The translations under genes were made by a program, and so were the position numbers. DNA of 63,660 bases, the filler included, from Folioceros fuciformis (taxonomy: Eukaryota), in NCBI GenBank assembly GCA_049999805.1. It is 9 parts of 9 records of this genome, joined end to end, with 100 filler letters (N's around TTAATTAATTAA, not from the genome) between each part and the next. Parts side by side here need not be neighbours in the genome. Positions count along the whole stretch, not along the records: positions 39,486 to 44,420 come from JBNGIO010005228.1; positions 44,521 to 51,172 come from JBNGIO010005229.1; positions 51,273 to 55,899 come from JBNGIO010005230.1; positions 56,000 to 59,707 come from JBNGIO010005231.1; 5 more parts are not named here. One strand, given 5' to 3'. Below are positions 43,170 to 56,603 of this stretch, piece by piece. The notes beneath the pieces are model-generated. The model ran no database searches. It was not told the DNA's origin and saw nothing but the letters and a program-made list of their open reading frames with translations. Each line of letters begins with the position of its first letter. Positions within the stretch are counted from its first letter, which is position 1.

Positions 43170-45211
43170 TGGGGGACTGGTGACTGCTCCGCGTTTTGAA
43201 AACCCATAATATGCACAGTTAAGCTCCTTCCTGATGAATCAGTACCGGGATGGGGACCATTGATTGGAGCCCCCCAAATAGGAATAATGAAAAGGGCTCA
43301 AAAAGGCCCTTAAATAGTAATAAAGGAGGATAAGGCTGAAAAGAAGACCCCGCTACGCGATTGGCGGGCGGGAAAAACCGGTACATTAGTTATGGCCGGC
43401 CACAGGCCACGAGGAGCGTGCTGGCCGGCCACGAGGAGCGCGCCAAGAGGGAAAGCCGTCGTTATCGGCCTTCCCTGAATTTGGAGGCGCGCTCCATGGT
43501 TGCACTTTTGATCAGGCTCGAATCCCGCTGATGCGCGCTGATTGTAGAGGGTACTCCCACGCCGCTGTAGAAGATACTGCCACGCCGCGCCGCACGCCTG
43601 GACAGCACCTGGATTGCTCCTGTATTGCAGTGATTGGGCTGTTGCTAGATCGGTAAAAGTCTGCCACTATTCATCAGTGTATGCAAATTTTATGCTGAGG
43701 GTAGAGCGCGAATGGATTGCTGCCACTCCTGTTGCTAATAAGCTGTATTTGAATTTGTTGTGTGCAAAAGGTGAGTAGCCGCAACACTCCTTAATATTGC
43801 CTTTCATGTTGATAATGGTGGCAGGACCCCGTCGTGCGATGCATCACATGATGGAAAGTGAAAGTGCCCATGCCCCCCCCGGTGCATCGAGGGATGGGAA
43901 AAGAAAAAGGAAGACAAGCCGAAGGAAGAAATTAGCGGCAAGGAGGGAGAAAGGTGCCTTAAACCGCCAAGCGGCGCATGCTCGCATCCTGGGATACGAG
44001 AAAATACCAACATCTGGTCCTGGGCGACATATAGAAGAGGGTGAAGATGACCCTAATTTTGATGCTGATTTCTTGCATGTATGTGCCTTGGCTGCTAACA
44101 CATGTGATGCCGAAGAAGTAGAAGAGGAGGATCTATTGGTGATCCAAACCCACATAGGGAACACGGAAGTGGTAGTAAAGGAAATCAAAAATACCATAGA
44201 GGCTAGTAAGTAAATACTAAGCTGTAATAATAGCACCATATATATTGCTGAAGAATAATAAAATTATCGAAAATGCAGCTGAAATCATAGGGCAGCAGCC
44301 GATAGCTCCCACTCTCCATAAGGACGGGATCCCAATAAATAAATGTGCTGAGGCAGCATCTGCAGAATATCCTGAATTCGACAACGTCGAAATAGAGGAA
44401 AAGTCGGAGGAGTCCGGGTANNNNNNNNNNNNNNNNNNNNNNNNNNNNNNNNNNNNNNNNNNNNTTAATTAATTAANNNNNNNNNNNNNNNNNNNNNNNN
44501 NNNNNNNNNNNNNNNNNNNNAAAATATATAGCATGGCTTTAATCCTTCTGTCTCTTATCATATAGCTTTTTTTTTAAATTTTTATTTTTTTAACATATAT
44601 ATATATATATATATATATATTGAAAAAGAAATGAAAAAACCCATCTGTTTTTGCTGAAAGTTACAGAGTTGCTCTCCTCACCTCCTTGAAAGGATGCCTG
44701 GGTTTTGCAGTTCAGATGCCTCGCTAACGGAACTTGTACCGGCGTAATGGTAAGGACTGAATAAGGTTGAGATTATCTCAAGCCTTTAGAATAGTATGAA
44801 AATATTGGTAACCTAAAAACATTGGCAAGCAGTTACGCCATACCAGGAGCTGGTTGTGCAGATGTTGCCTTCGTCTCGTCTCCTCCCAGCGGTGAGANNN
44901 NNNNNNNNNNNNNNNNNNNNNNNNNNNNNNNNNNNNNNNNNNNNNNNNNNNNNNNNNNNNNNNNNNNNNNNNNNNNNNNNNNNNNNNNNNNNNNNNNGTT
45001 CCTGTCCCCCTCGATGGATGCAGGCACCGTTGTTTGTGTGCACGTGCTAGCCGTATGCTGGAGTTCGCGGTGGGAGCTGCTGTCGCGCAGGTGCTCGGAG
45101 CCTTCGCACCACTGATTCCTCGTCTTTCTTGTGCATTCCATCCTCCTTCGCTCTGTTGGGCACCCTGGGGGATTGCTGCCGGCCCTTCTTTCCCAGCTTT
45201 CTTCCTCCGCC

Positions 45212-48200
45212 ATGGCGCACACGCGGGATCTTTACAAGACCAAGCTCTGCACCCTGTATCAAAAGGGGAATTGCCCACGCCAAAGCTGCTCGTTCGCGCA
45301 CGGAGACGCGGAGCTTCGCAAGTTTCACGGCGGCAGTGCCAGTGGCGTCTACGGTACGTCCTCTTTCCGCACCCTACCACTCACTCTGTTCCTCCAAGTC
45401 GATGCGGTTCTCTGGAAGTAGCCTGGAACCGAAGACGTTCAGCTGAAGTAGGACGACACCAGCCTGGCAGCCGCGATCGCATTGTGTAGCTGCTCTCTCT
45501 GCCTCCTGCTGCGTGGACTAGATCAGGAAGGCCGTGCATGATAGCTATTGCCTTACCGGGGGTGGAGTAGAGCTTGGAGATTAGGTTCTCCGGGACTGCT
45601 GCATTCGCAAGCCCCGCTCTTCTGCTGTCCTTGCCGATGAACTGGTCCCATGTTAGCTCGCAGTCCGTGTGTGTCTGTTTGTGTGTGGTGTCGGCCGGCA
45701 GGTTGCCACCCTGCTTGGCAGATTGCTGTCGTAGGGGCGTCCCCTTAGCTACGCCATTCATGGGGAGTAGAGTTTGTCGTCGTTTAGGAGCCAGCTGTAG
45801 TGGTCGTAAGGACTTACCTGCCGGTCCATCTCCATGGGACGCACTATGCCAAGTGTGACTGTCACAATTCCTGTAACCTACCTTGTGCAAGGATGGTATG
45901 GTAGGTGTTCTGTGGCTCGACAGTTTCCGCCTTCCGGTCACATGAGGCTGTCGTAATGTGCCCATTGCTGAACTCTCATCCCTGTTTCTACTGTTCAGCG
46001 TGCTGCGACTTAAATGTCTGTACTTCATACATGCTTATGTATCTGGTGTGTCACGCTGGCGGTATTGAACGAGTTTCACTTGCCTTATTTGAGATTCAAC
46101 CATCGAAGATCTTCAGTCCGCTTTTATATGCGGGTAGGACGTTTCTTGTTGGGATCTTATTTCTTGAAGACATTCTTGGAGATGTTGGTGCAGATATGGT
46201 GCTGGATAATCCCTTATTCCATGGAGTGGAAGGCAGCGGTCCTAGACAGTCCCTCTTGATATACTCTTCATCCGTCCTGTATGTTGTATTTGTAAACCCA
46301 GAAGCACGCTATACTCCGATTTTGAATCATTATGTGTGAGGATTATCGTCAGTATGTAAACGCTTATTCTATTTAAGGCATATCGTCAGTGGTAATGGCA
46401 CCCCTGTGGCGGTTAACACCGCTATTATTGAAGATTAACGGGTGTATTATCCCGAGACCTTGGCCTGTTTTTTTTTAAAAAGCTTGGAGTCATGGTTATT
46501 GGCCATTATTAAGTTGCTTTATTTTGCAACTGAGGGTAAGCTGATCTGTTTTTCCAGTTTCATGGCCTGTGACATGCAGCGTAAATTTCCACTATGTGAA
46601 AACTTATTGCCCATTGAGCCTGATGCGTCTTGATCATCAGGGAGACATGACGGCTACAGAAATGCAGATCTTCGGGAGCGGTTGGAACGCAGGCGCACAC
46701 CTCCTACTAGAAGGCGTTCACCAGGTAGAGATGGGAGAGGCCATCCGCATGGTGAGAAACGAGCATCTCGTGACCGAGGTAAGGTTTAGGCAGTTCTCTT
46801 GGTGCCCTTGTAGCATTGTTCAGAAACATGTTGTACAGCTCAGAGTCACGTGCAATTTTACCATGTTTTTTCCTCCTCTAAGTCGCTTTGAACTAATCTG
46901 GGGATCTTCCTCTGTTACCTCAGGAAGGAGTCGGTCAAGGTCTCCAGTTAGGAGGAGGCCAAGTTCTCGGTCACTTTCTGCTCAGAGATCTCCATCTCAC
47001 AGGAGGTAAAGTGGGATGTGCTTCACAGTTTGGAAGTTGTTATGTATGGGTGGTTCAAGCATGGCACGCTCAAGCTAATCTGGTGCTCCTCATTCAAATT
47101 TTAGTGACAAGAGGGAGACAAAGAGGCTAAGGACTGAGGCGTCGGATGCACATTTCAGTGATGTGTCTGGAGAAGTTGGAGGGGATGAGGGTGACCTTGA
47201 GGACAGTGTTGCAAAATCCAAGCGGTCGCTTTCACCCCATCCCCGAGATAGGGGACTTGAAGAACAGGTCTCATGGCCGTCTATACCTCGTCCAGACAAG
47301 GGTTTCGCAGCTTCTCATGTGATTATCGGTGCTCTTGCAGATTCGAGTAGTCCAAGCAGATATGAAGACACTGACTGAGCAAAAAAATGCGCTGGAGGTA
47401 TTTCCATGTGCTCTCCACAGGGTCAAAATATCTGCTGATGGTCGTCTTCCTCCCATACGGGCTTTTGCAGAGTCAGCTTGTTCTTAATCGTCTTGTTTCC
47501 TTGCAGCACACCCTTCAAAATAAGGACTTAGAATCGACTCGACTTGCGGCGAGGAACATGGAACTGGAGTCCTCACTGTCGACCTTGCAGGAAGAACATA
47601 AAAGGTGCTCTTTGACTTCATAATATCAGTTGCACTCCTCATGTGATGGATTGCTAGTTGTTGAGGGACCTAGTTGACTCTGTCATGAACAACATGGAGT
47701 ATGTGAAGCATGTCATTGCATCCTGCCAGTTTTTCTTCCGTGCATGAGGAAGCTCAGTTTGTCCAGATTGATGACTGCAGGTTGAACTCAAAGATGAAAA
47801 GATTTCTGAGGGTGTACTCAAGATATTCCCGTGCACAGGAGGATGTGAGAAAGTATGTCCGAAGCTTTGCTGTCTTTTTGCATTTGCAATTTTTTGTTGT
47901 AATGGATGTTCACTATATCTTCTGTTTTCAACCAGTGACCTGACCGACAGTTTTGTTTGCAATGCAGGACACAAGCTAAACTACAAAGGCTTGCGGATGA
48001 GTTACCACTGGATGAGGAGAAGATGTTGACCTTCCATGGTGAAGACTCCGATGTGAATTTTGCTAGTGACGGTGAAGCAGATAGGCCATCCAAGTATACC
48101 AACCATGTTGCTCCTGACTTTGATGGACAGCCATCCTCAGCAGTTGCGCTGGTCAACGGCGGAACTGAACTTCAAGCGGGCGTGGCAAAGGATGGTAAGC

Positions 48201-49520
48201 TTGCTCAGCTCCTGAGCTATGTGTGCGCCTAAATTATGTTGACCATTTTGGAGTGTATGTTATACACTTTTGGTTCGACAGTAACGGTTGAGATGTTTCA
48301 CTTTTGATTGAATGGAACAGTTTTAACTGTCATTCCTTCCGTTGGAAAAGAGAGTCAAGGTGACAGTGATATCCACCTCTTACCTCGTGATGGGAATACA
48401 AAGAAGCCGTCTGCACTTCGTGAGAAAAGTAGAGCCGCTAAAATTAATCGATCTTGCCTGGAACAAAATGGAATCAACTTGAAGGGTGAGGATGCAGATG
48501 AAGGTGACTGGAAAAGGCAGCCTCTTGTGAAATTGGGTTTTTCTGATGAGAGGTCACCTGCTGTAATGAGAGGACGGCAGTCTGGAACAGAGACTTCACC
48601 ATCATCAAAAAATCTCCCTACTGATAAGGTTAGGGAATCAGTCGTATGGTGCATGTCAGTTGATTGTGCACGCAGCTTGTTAGTCCATGTTTTGAATCTG
48701 TCCTGCCCCTTCTCGATGACAGGTATCTGTCAAAAGAGATTTTCGATCTGAACTTTTCACTACTTTTGGTTATGTGATCAGGTCAGGGGGCGTGATTCAA
48801 GTTTCTCTTTACCCTCTACGGGGCTTGCAGCACATGCTCAAGATCACCCACTTGACCTTAAGGATGATTCCGCCCAGGGGCAAGGGGACTATTCTTTCCA
48901 TGAGAGGAACAAAGTGAATGTAGATCTAACACTAGGTAGCACATCTCAGTTTAATTTTGCCGGCAGGTCGCTGGCCCTCTCAACTGCAGTGGCAAATAGC
49001 CACTTTGTGAAGGTAAAGCCATGCCCTGTAGTAGTCCTTTCAGTAGGTCATGGGTGTTGAAAGTGACACTATTTTCTTTTTCTCATGGCTTGGAGTGTTC
49101 TAGATGAGATCCTTCCAGCATCCGGTTATTTACATGATGGGGCAAGCCTGGGGACTAACATCTTGGGAATCCATTGAGGGAGTATCAGATTGTCAGCTTT
49201 CGTTGGGGTTGAAGTTGAACATCTGAGAAAGTGAACCGAGTGGATGACCTGGTTTCGTGGAGTTGTGACTTGATTGATGCATGCCTTTTCCCATATCAGA
49301 GTGGCTTTTGCAGCTCGCTTTCCCGTCAGGATCTTTGGATGACCTGATGCCTTTCGTTAATCTGTAGTCGGCTGGTACGACAAACGTCCGCCTATGTTGT
49401 TAGATCATGCAGTCAAGTCAAAAGACTGAGTCTCTGTTTGCCTCGTGGTGTGACTGCAGTATAAAGGGGAGGACGAGGAAGTGGATGTGGAAGCTGTGGA
49501 AGCTGATGGTGATGACCAGG
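45212..49520 (+). CDS. CCCH zinc-finger protein (C3H40/C3H13-like), multi-exon, with RS-rich and coiled-coil regions; 3' end approximate
   Basis: Exon 1 MAHTRDLYKTKLCTLYQKGNCPRQSCSFAHGDAELRK; later exons ADLRERLERRR, RSRSRSPVRRR, RLNSKMKRFLRVYSRYSRAQED, TQAKLQRLADEL, LPSTGLAAHA, YKGEDEEVDVE. Confidence 0.85.
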
Positions 49521-50566
49521 TCTGCACGGATTTGGGAATGGCTGGCGGGGGCGAGGCGGGAGCAGCAATCTCTCAATAGGGTGTAGAATTGGTAGGACAA
49601 ATTTGTGGTGCAATCTATCTGCAGGATATTGGGGAAATTTTAAAGGAGAACTGTGTGGTCTTCCGTAATGTCCAGGAAAATTGCAGTTCTGGTCTGTCCT
49701 TGGTGCTCAAATGTAAGGTAAATAGTTTGTCTTTGTTGTGAAAAGTCTGAGACAAACACCTGAAATGAAGTACATTACCACGTGCCGCGACAGTGAGTGT
49801 CGCCCAAAGGGCGTAAGAAATTATATATGCATTCTTGGTAACTTTAGACATGTAGTAAAATATTTGCTAGTACACTTTCGTACATGGTGTGGAGCGACAT
49901 CTATAACGCTGATGACGCGTTTGAACAATCCGAAATGCGCACGTTGTACTGTTGCTCCCGCGAAACGAAGCTACGCTCAATGCCAGGAGTTTTGGAATGG
50001 CCTCCCGGTGGTCCCAACAAAACAAAAACTCGTCCGATTGCCAGCAAACTTCACCATCTCGAACTCTTCACACTGCACTGCACTTGATGTACAAGACTGC
50101 AGGAATTCTGTACACAACAGCAAATTCAAAGGCCAGTTGGTAAGTAGGGCCTTCCACCAACCGTCAACCAGGCAGACGAGCGGTCCTAAACGGCAAACCA
50201 AGGAGGGTTGTGGGTAGAAAGATGGGTTTTTAGATGTTCCCATCTATCTCTTTTCATGATCAGGTGATCAGGTTCTCAACAAAGAGAGGTTGGGTTGGGG
50301 TTGCACCTCACCTTCCACATGTTGTGGAGTGTTCAGAGATGAGCAGTAAAATCTGCAGTTGTCTTGAATGTGGTGCCAGCTTGCCAGCTCTGGGGCTATA
50401 ACATACACAGCAAGAACACAAACCCGCACACGGACTCTTCAAATCCTAAAGAATGAGTTGAGAGAAATATTGATCGAACTCATCGTCGACTGTAGGAGGT
50501 CTCTTGCCCAGGCGGGCCTCTGCGTGCCACCAACAGTAAACACCAACAGCCAAGCCGAGGAGGGGG

Positions 50567-51172
50567 TTAGGCACCCACCCACACTGTGCCATGGAACAAC
50601 ACCACTTGAAGCTTCGCAGAAGAAGACCAAGAAGGACAAGAAGAGAGTGTGCAACAAGGCAGGCTAAAGATAAGAGAGGGTGGCATTTTTTCCTTTGTTT
50701 TACCTTCCCCTTTGCTTATCCTGCCAGACGACAGGACAAAGACCGGAGCGGGCGCAGTTTGATCATCCTGGCCGGCACTGGTGGTGCTGCTGCTCACATC
50801 AGCCTGCGCCCGATAGTACCCCCCACCGTCCTCCGTCTTGGACGAGGTGAGAGCGGCTGCATGTGTGTCGTGCAGCACAACATCGTCTCCTTGCTGGGGA
50901 TTCCTGCGTTTCATCACCGCGGCGAGCTCAGCCTCTGCGTGACACGTCTCAAACGGATCAAACTTGCGCCTCTTGCTGCCAAGCAGCTGGCTCAGTCCGT
51001 TGTTGTTGCTGTTGTTGTTTCCAGTCGTGGGCAAGGCGAGGGGCAGAGGCAGAGGCCCTGGCACTGGCCCCGGCCCTTGTCCCTGCCCCAAGCCTTGCTC
51101 TTGCTCTTGCTCTTGCCCATGCCCCAAACCTTGTCCCAACCCCAACCCTTGCCCTTGCCCCGGCCTTGCTAC
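50567..51172 (-). other. Low-complexity ORF end with G/Q/P hexamer repeats; possibly the 3' part of a gene cut by the linker
   Basis: Open frame with NLS-like SKRRKF and (GQ/EQ/PL)n repeats; no recognisable domain. Confidence 0.3.
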
Positions 51173-54100
51173 NNNNNNNNNNNNNNNNNNNNNNNNNNNN
51201 NNNNNNNNNNNNNNNNTTAATTAATTAANNNNNNNNNNNNNNNNNNNNNNNNNNNNNNNNNNNNNNNNNNNNTTACGGTATCCTACCTGACTGCCTACCT
51301 AGTGGGTAGTTACATAATTGCTAGTCTTGCTAGTCTTACCGGTTTGGTTTCCCCTTCATGGGAACATCGACCCCGCCTTTTTTGCAGTGTGCCTCCCTTG
51401 TAGCCCGCCTTCATCGCGGTTTTTGCAGCCCACCTTCTAAGAGCAAAAAAACCCTAGTTTCATCCATAGCCAAAAACTCAAGAAACCAAGGAGCGATAAT
51501 CGGAGCGAGAAGAGGAGCATACAAGAATGCCAAAAAAATTTGTGAACCAAAGTTCTAGTAGCCCAAAATGTCGGGTAGCCCAGGACGATCCCAAGCTTGA
51601 CCCACCATATGGATTCACCTTTTGGTGGGTCTAACAGCACCGAGTTAAAATCGCCGACACGGTTCGTTTGTCGCCCGCTATACACGGGCTTGCGGACGGA
51701 CCAAAGGGCTTTTCAATGTAAAAAGTACTTGACCAATGGACGACCGGAAGGAAGCCATTGTGGCTAAGCATATTGTGCACAGGCTGTTGCGGTGGAGAAA
51801 CATGGCAACTTGCAGTGCTAGTTGCCGTGAGCATGTGAAGGGTAGAGGACAGTCGGACACTTCAGTGTTAGTCGCTGAATCGGGTGCAACGCATAGTGAA
51901 TGAATGCAATGCAGCAAATGGGCCTATTGAAGTGGGAGCAGTCGGCGCTGCCATCGATAAATCGAAATCCTTGGTATATCACGGGTGCAGTGTGAACGCA
52001 GGCGTTATATAACCCATTACTCGCTGGATAATTAAAGAGACGTGACTCTTTGTATATTTAGGTCATGATGATTATTTAAGTAGTGAACTGAATAGATGGG
52101 CATATATAGAAGTTAATGTATAGATGAAGAATATATAGTTTATTTTTGTCCAGAATACATATATACAAATCATCCTTAAGATGATCCATAATTGATTATT
52201 CTTGCATTATTAATTATTAAGATGTAGTGTTTGCCGCACAGGCGGGGACACGGCATAGTGCAAAAAGTGTGAGGGCTGGTGCGGGAGGTCATTGACGTTC
52301 CGAGTACGTGTTTTGCTCCAGGACGACACTTGTCAGGTTTGGGAAATAGCAATCTCTACAGCAAGCCAGCTATTCGGCATGGAGTCAACCGTGTTTGTCG
52401 CCCATGAGGCTAGTGGCAATGCAATGGACGTCGTCAGCCGCATAATGAGGAGAAGGGTGCAGCTGGTAATTCCGGTGAGGAACCCATGCGACAATTGGAA
52501 AGCACATGTGGTTTTGCAGCATGTTGTGTGCATGGAAGACAAGGGTGGGGGACGCTTTTCTTCCCTACAAACAAATGCTTTGTGGGAAGTCCGCGGACTA
52601 GCATGCCAACCCGCCTTGCAATTTTGACAGGAGATGGGTTATGTTTGGAGGTGCCGTTGTGGCCTGCATCCTGGTTGTCGTGGGTACCATCCCACCATCA
52701 ACGGTTGTGGCAATTACATTCATCTGGATCATTGTTGTCACCGCATACATGTACCCAGAAGGTTTGAGAGGGGAGTGAAGGTTGGAAGTGGGTGAAAGGG
52801 TACCCGAGTCAGGCAGGAGGTGCCCATATGGAATGATGTGAGTAATGTGCATGGGCAAACCAGAAGNNNNNNNNNNNNNNNNNNNNNNNNNNNNNNNNNN
52901 NNNNNNNNNNNNNNNNNNNNNNNNNNNNNNNNNNNNNNNNNNNNNNNNNNNNNNNNNNNNNNNNNNAGGGGTGCTGAGGTGTGCAGGATGGAGGTCACCC
53001 ATGCAGAAGGGTGACCCTTCAAAAACCAATGCCTTCCACTACGGAGTTGCAATGCAATGCCCCAAATGAGGTTGCCAGAGTACCAGTGGTGCACATTTCC
53101 AGGAGACGGGAAAATGGTGGGCTAAACATGCAATTGTCGCATGCAGGTTGGATCACCATTTGTATGGATGTGGATGTAGGGGTGGCAGTCGGGTGGTGAG
53201 CTTGCACTTGTCCGCAGTGAGAGGTGCATGCAGTGGGAAGCGGGCAGCAAGAACTGCAAAGGGTGCAAAGCCTGAGGTTTCTCGTGGGCACATCGTACTT
53301 GCAGTCCAACAGTGAAGAGCAAACAGTCAGGTCGTGAGTGAGATTGACGACCCCTCAACCCTGGAGTGGGAGCGGAACATGCAATGGTGCAGTGCAGTGT
53401 GGCCAGGTGTGAGTGCTTGTGAGGGTGCGGGGCAGGGAGCTAGCGAGCGGGCCTATTTGGTGCAAGCCAAGTGAGCAGGGGAGCGGGCCTGTTTGGTCCA
53501 TAAAAAAGGAGAAGGCGGCGGCAGCAGTGGGAAGCGATTCGCAGGGGCCTGAAGCAGAGGATGATAGAGACTGCAGCGGGAGGGGCGGGGAGCAACGTGA
53601 AGCCCGTCAGCACTGCCCCAAGTGATGAAATGGCTGTGGGCGATGTTGACCACGCCGACAACCTCGCCATTGTGCTGTATGAGGGGAATGGCGACGCACC
53701 TGCACAACTGCCTGTAGACCTGACTGCGAGAGAGGCAGTGGGGGAAGAAACCCTTCCCCCCTTGCAAGAGGAGGCAAGTGCTGAGGGGAAGGAGGAGGCT
53801 ACCCTCAACGTGGGTGGGCAGGGTGCAGAGCTTAGTCCACCCGACCAGGCTCAAGCGAAAGCTGAGCCTACGGTGGACGGAGACCCAAGCCCACAAGTGA
53901 TGGCCAAGATCGCAGTAGGCACTTGGAATTTGGCTGTCGGGGATAGACTGCGGAAGGCCGTGTATGGTGAAAATGGCCACTTTCAGTGGTGGAGGTACCT
54001 TGGTGTGATTCGCAAGCAGCAACTGACCAGGAAGCTCGGCAAACCTAGCTGTGCAGGGGAAGAGCGCCGTGTTTTGCAGATGGAGCTGGATGCGGTGGAG

Positions 54101-55269
54101 GCAAGTATTGCGAGGCACACTATAGCTGGCGGAGGAGGTCCCTGAGGGACCCCAGGCGATGGTGTAGGGCAGGACGGCCGGCGGGTTGGAGATGCAGATC
54201 GAAGTTCAGGGTCTAGCATCCCGCCAACAAGGAGGGTGCGGAAGCGGCGGCGAGAGCTCTCGTACTCTGAGGTCTGCTCCTTTGGAGAGGAGGAGGAGGA
54301 CACGCCTGTGCATCCACAGCGGGGTGCCACCCGCGGCAGACCAGGGTGATGCGTAATTGCGGGAGGCAGCAATGGAGGCCATGTCACGGACACCTTAGCG
54401 GACACGGTGCATGCTTTGCACAACAGCCGTGGGTTGGTGGAGTCGCTGGAAAGCAATTTGCGCAAGGTGAGGGCGAACATCCGTGACTATGCAACAGATG
54501 TGGAGGCTGCCTCTCGTGGTAGGGATCGCAAGGTGTAGGCATGCATGTGGCGTGCAAGGTCTGGAGGTGTAAGCAGCTTAGAGGCACTGCCGTTGGTGCT
54601 GTAGTGATGGTGAACTCCTGCAGGTTCACGTTTCTTAATTTCAGCCTGTTCCAAGTTCTGAGTACGAGCTCCAAATATCTGCCGCCATTGGATTTCCACC
54701 CACGTTGCAGGAATGCTGGATTTGGTAGAGGCACAAGAGGGCTCAAGCAACAAAGTCTCGTTTCCTTTCACAGTGGTTTGTAGAGTGCCGGATTCCCTCC
54801 GAGTGAGTGCAACGAGTTTGCTAAGCATACACACCTTGTGTTTGGGCATGGCAATTACGTTAATTGACTTGAGTTCCTTAGAGGGAGACCAAAGCTCCTT
54901 CATCTGTGCTCCAAAATCATGGGGGTGCATTACCAGTACATTCCAAAGAATGACATTCACATCAACTCTCCCTTCACAAAGCCCGCATGATTGCCCTGAC
55001 CCTCTCTAAACTGTCTGTAGATTCCTACGTACTCATTCGCTTAGTTGCTCGTTTTTGTTTGCCAGCTACTTTTGAAACTTGGTGCGAAGGATTCTTTGAC
55101 CCCTGCGAACAACAAGTGGCTCGGCCACAGTGACACTACTATTCTCTTCTCCCGTTTTCGCATCTAGTTGCAGGACTGGGCAAGCAAGGCCGGAGAATAG
55201 AGAACGAAACAAAAAGCTTGAGATGAAGGCTTGCCCTGACTAGACCTAACAAAAAATCATAACAGAGCC

Positions 55270-55510
55270 CGCACTGCGATGTCAATTGGGAGCCTAAACC
55301 GCGGTGTCAATTTGGAGCCCTCATTGACGCTAGTGGCAATCGGGAGCCCTCACTCACGGCAGTGGCAATTAGGAGCTCACCCACGGCAATGGCAATCGCG
55401 AGCCCTCGCTCACGGCAATGGCAATTAGGAGCTCACTCACTGCAATGGCAATCGGGAGCCCTCACTCACGGCAGTGGCAATCGGGAGCCCTTACTCATGG
55501 CAGTGTTAAT
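55270..55510 (+). repeat. Degenerate ~28-30-bp minisatellite (ggcaatcgggagccctcactcacggcagt-like), about 8 copies
   Basis: Directly visible head-to-tail units. Confidence 0.85.
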
Positions 55511-56067
55511 GCTAAACAAATCTTAAAACACTCTGTCCAATGGGAATCTTAAAACACACTATGTTTGAACCGAAATAAAGAAAAACGCAGTGTCCCTTTC
55601 GATCCACAAACAAGCTAGGGGTAGAGAAAAAAATTTTCCTATGCGGTGTATAGGTAGGTTGGATGACGTGGCGAGGTAGAGTAGAGGAATATTCTTTAGA
55701 TGCCATAGAATATTCACGTAGAAAATATGTATTCCAAAAAAGAAAATCAATTTGTAGTCTGTATCCATATTTCATACGGGTCTACTAGTAAATTATATAT
55801 ATATATAGATATTATAATAATAAATAAAATTTATAAACTACTAGAACAAAATCAAATAATCTTGTTTTATTCATCTTCTTTAGGATAATTTTCTATTCAN
55901 NNNNNNNNNNNNNNNNNNNNNNNNNNNNNNNNNNNNNNNNNNNTTAATTAATTAANNNNNNNNNNNNNNNNNNNNNNNNNNNNNNNNNNNNNNNNNNNNC
56001 AAACCATACCACTATTAACCCTTTTTCAACCAAAATAAACTACTACCCCAAACTTTGGAGGTTCACA

Positions 56068-56603
56068 CACTGCCAGTTGTCGACAAGAGGCAAGGCTTGC
56101 TTTCGTAATGCTGCCAACATTTCAGGCCCCCACTCAGACCCGAAGACCAGCTTCCCCATCAAGTTGACACTAGAGCCGATGTGTGCACGCTGAGACATTA
56201 TTCTTGCCATGTCCTAAGCAGCTTTCACTTTGTTCGTCGACCCTTCTGATGAATGCTTGTACTGGAAAGTCAGTCGCGAAGGGGACAAGGAAGAGAAGGA
56301 TCAATGTTAGACATGCAAAAACCAATTACCCTTGTCCCTTCCAAAGTTCACAGCAAATCCACATGAAGAGTAATGATGCTTGTACCTTGTGCCAATAGTG
56401 CAGCAAATCAGCATGATGTTGATTCACAGCCAGTGACTCCCCAACAAGCAGATTGTTCCCGAAAATGCCCATGTCCAACAAGGTAGGCCTGTTGACGTTC
56501 GCATTCAAAGGGTCATAACCTAAGAAGAGAGATAATTTGTCCCATATTGCATCACATGTAAGCCAGATCTGTAAGTGTTATCATTCAAGGTCCTCTTCTT
56601 CAC
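56068..56603 (-). pseudogene. VPE: Vacuolar processing enzyme (legumain, peptidase C13) gene fragment
   Basis: VKKRTLNDNTYRSGLHVMQYG / LFLGYDPLNAN...AVNQHHADLLHYWHK | YKHSSEGS...*...SQRAHIGSSVNLMGKLVFG...LPLVDNWQC; contains a frameshift and a stop; ends at an LTR-like repeat. Confidence 0.8.

Noticed and set aside
52260-53360. KDZ/CxC transposase assignment
   Set aside because: Cys/His-rich, but I could not reconstruct the diagnostic catalytic motifs.
55270-55510. ~29-bp repeats as a CRISPR array
   Set aside because: Degenerate head-to-tail minisatellite without spacers.
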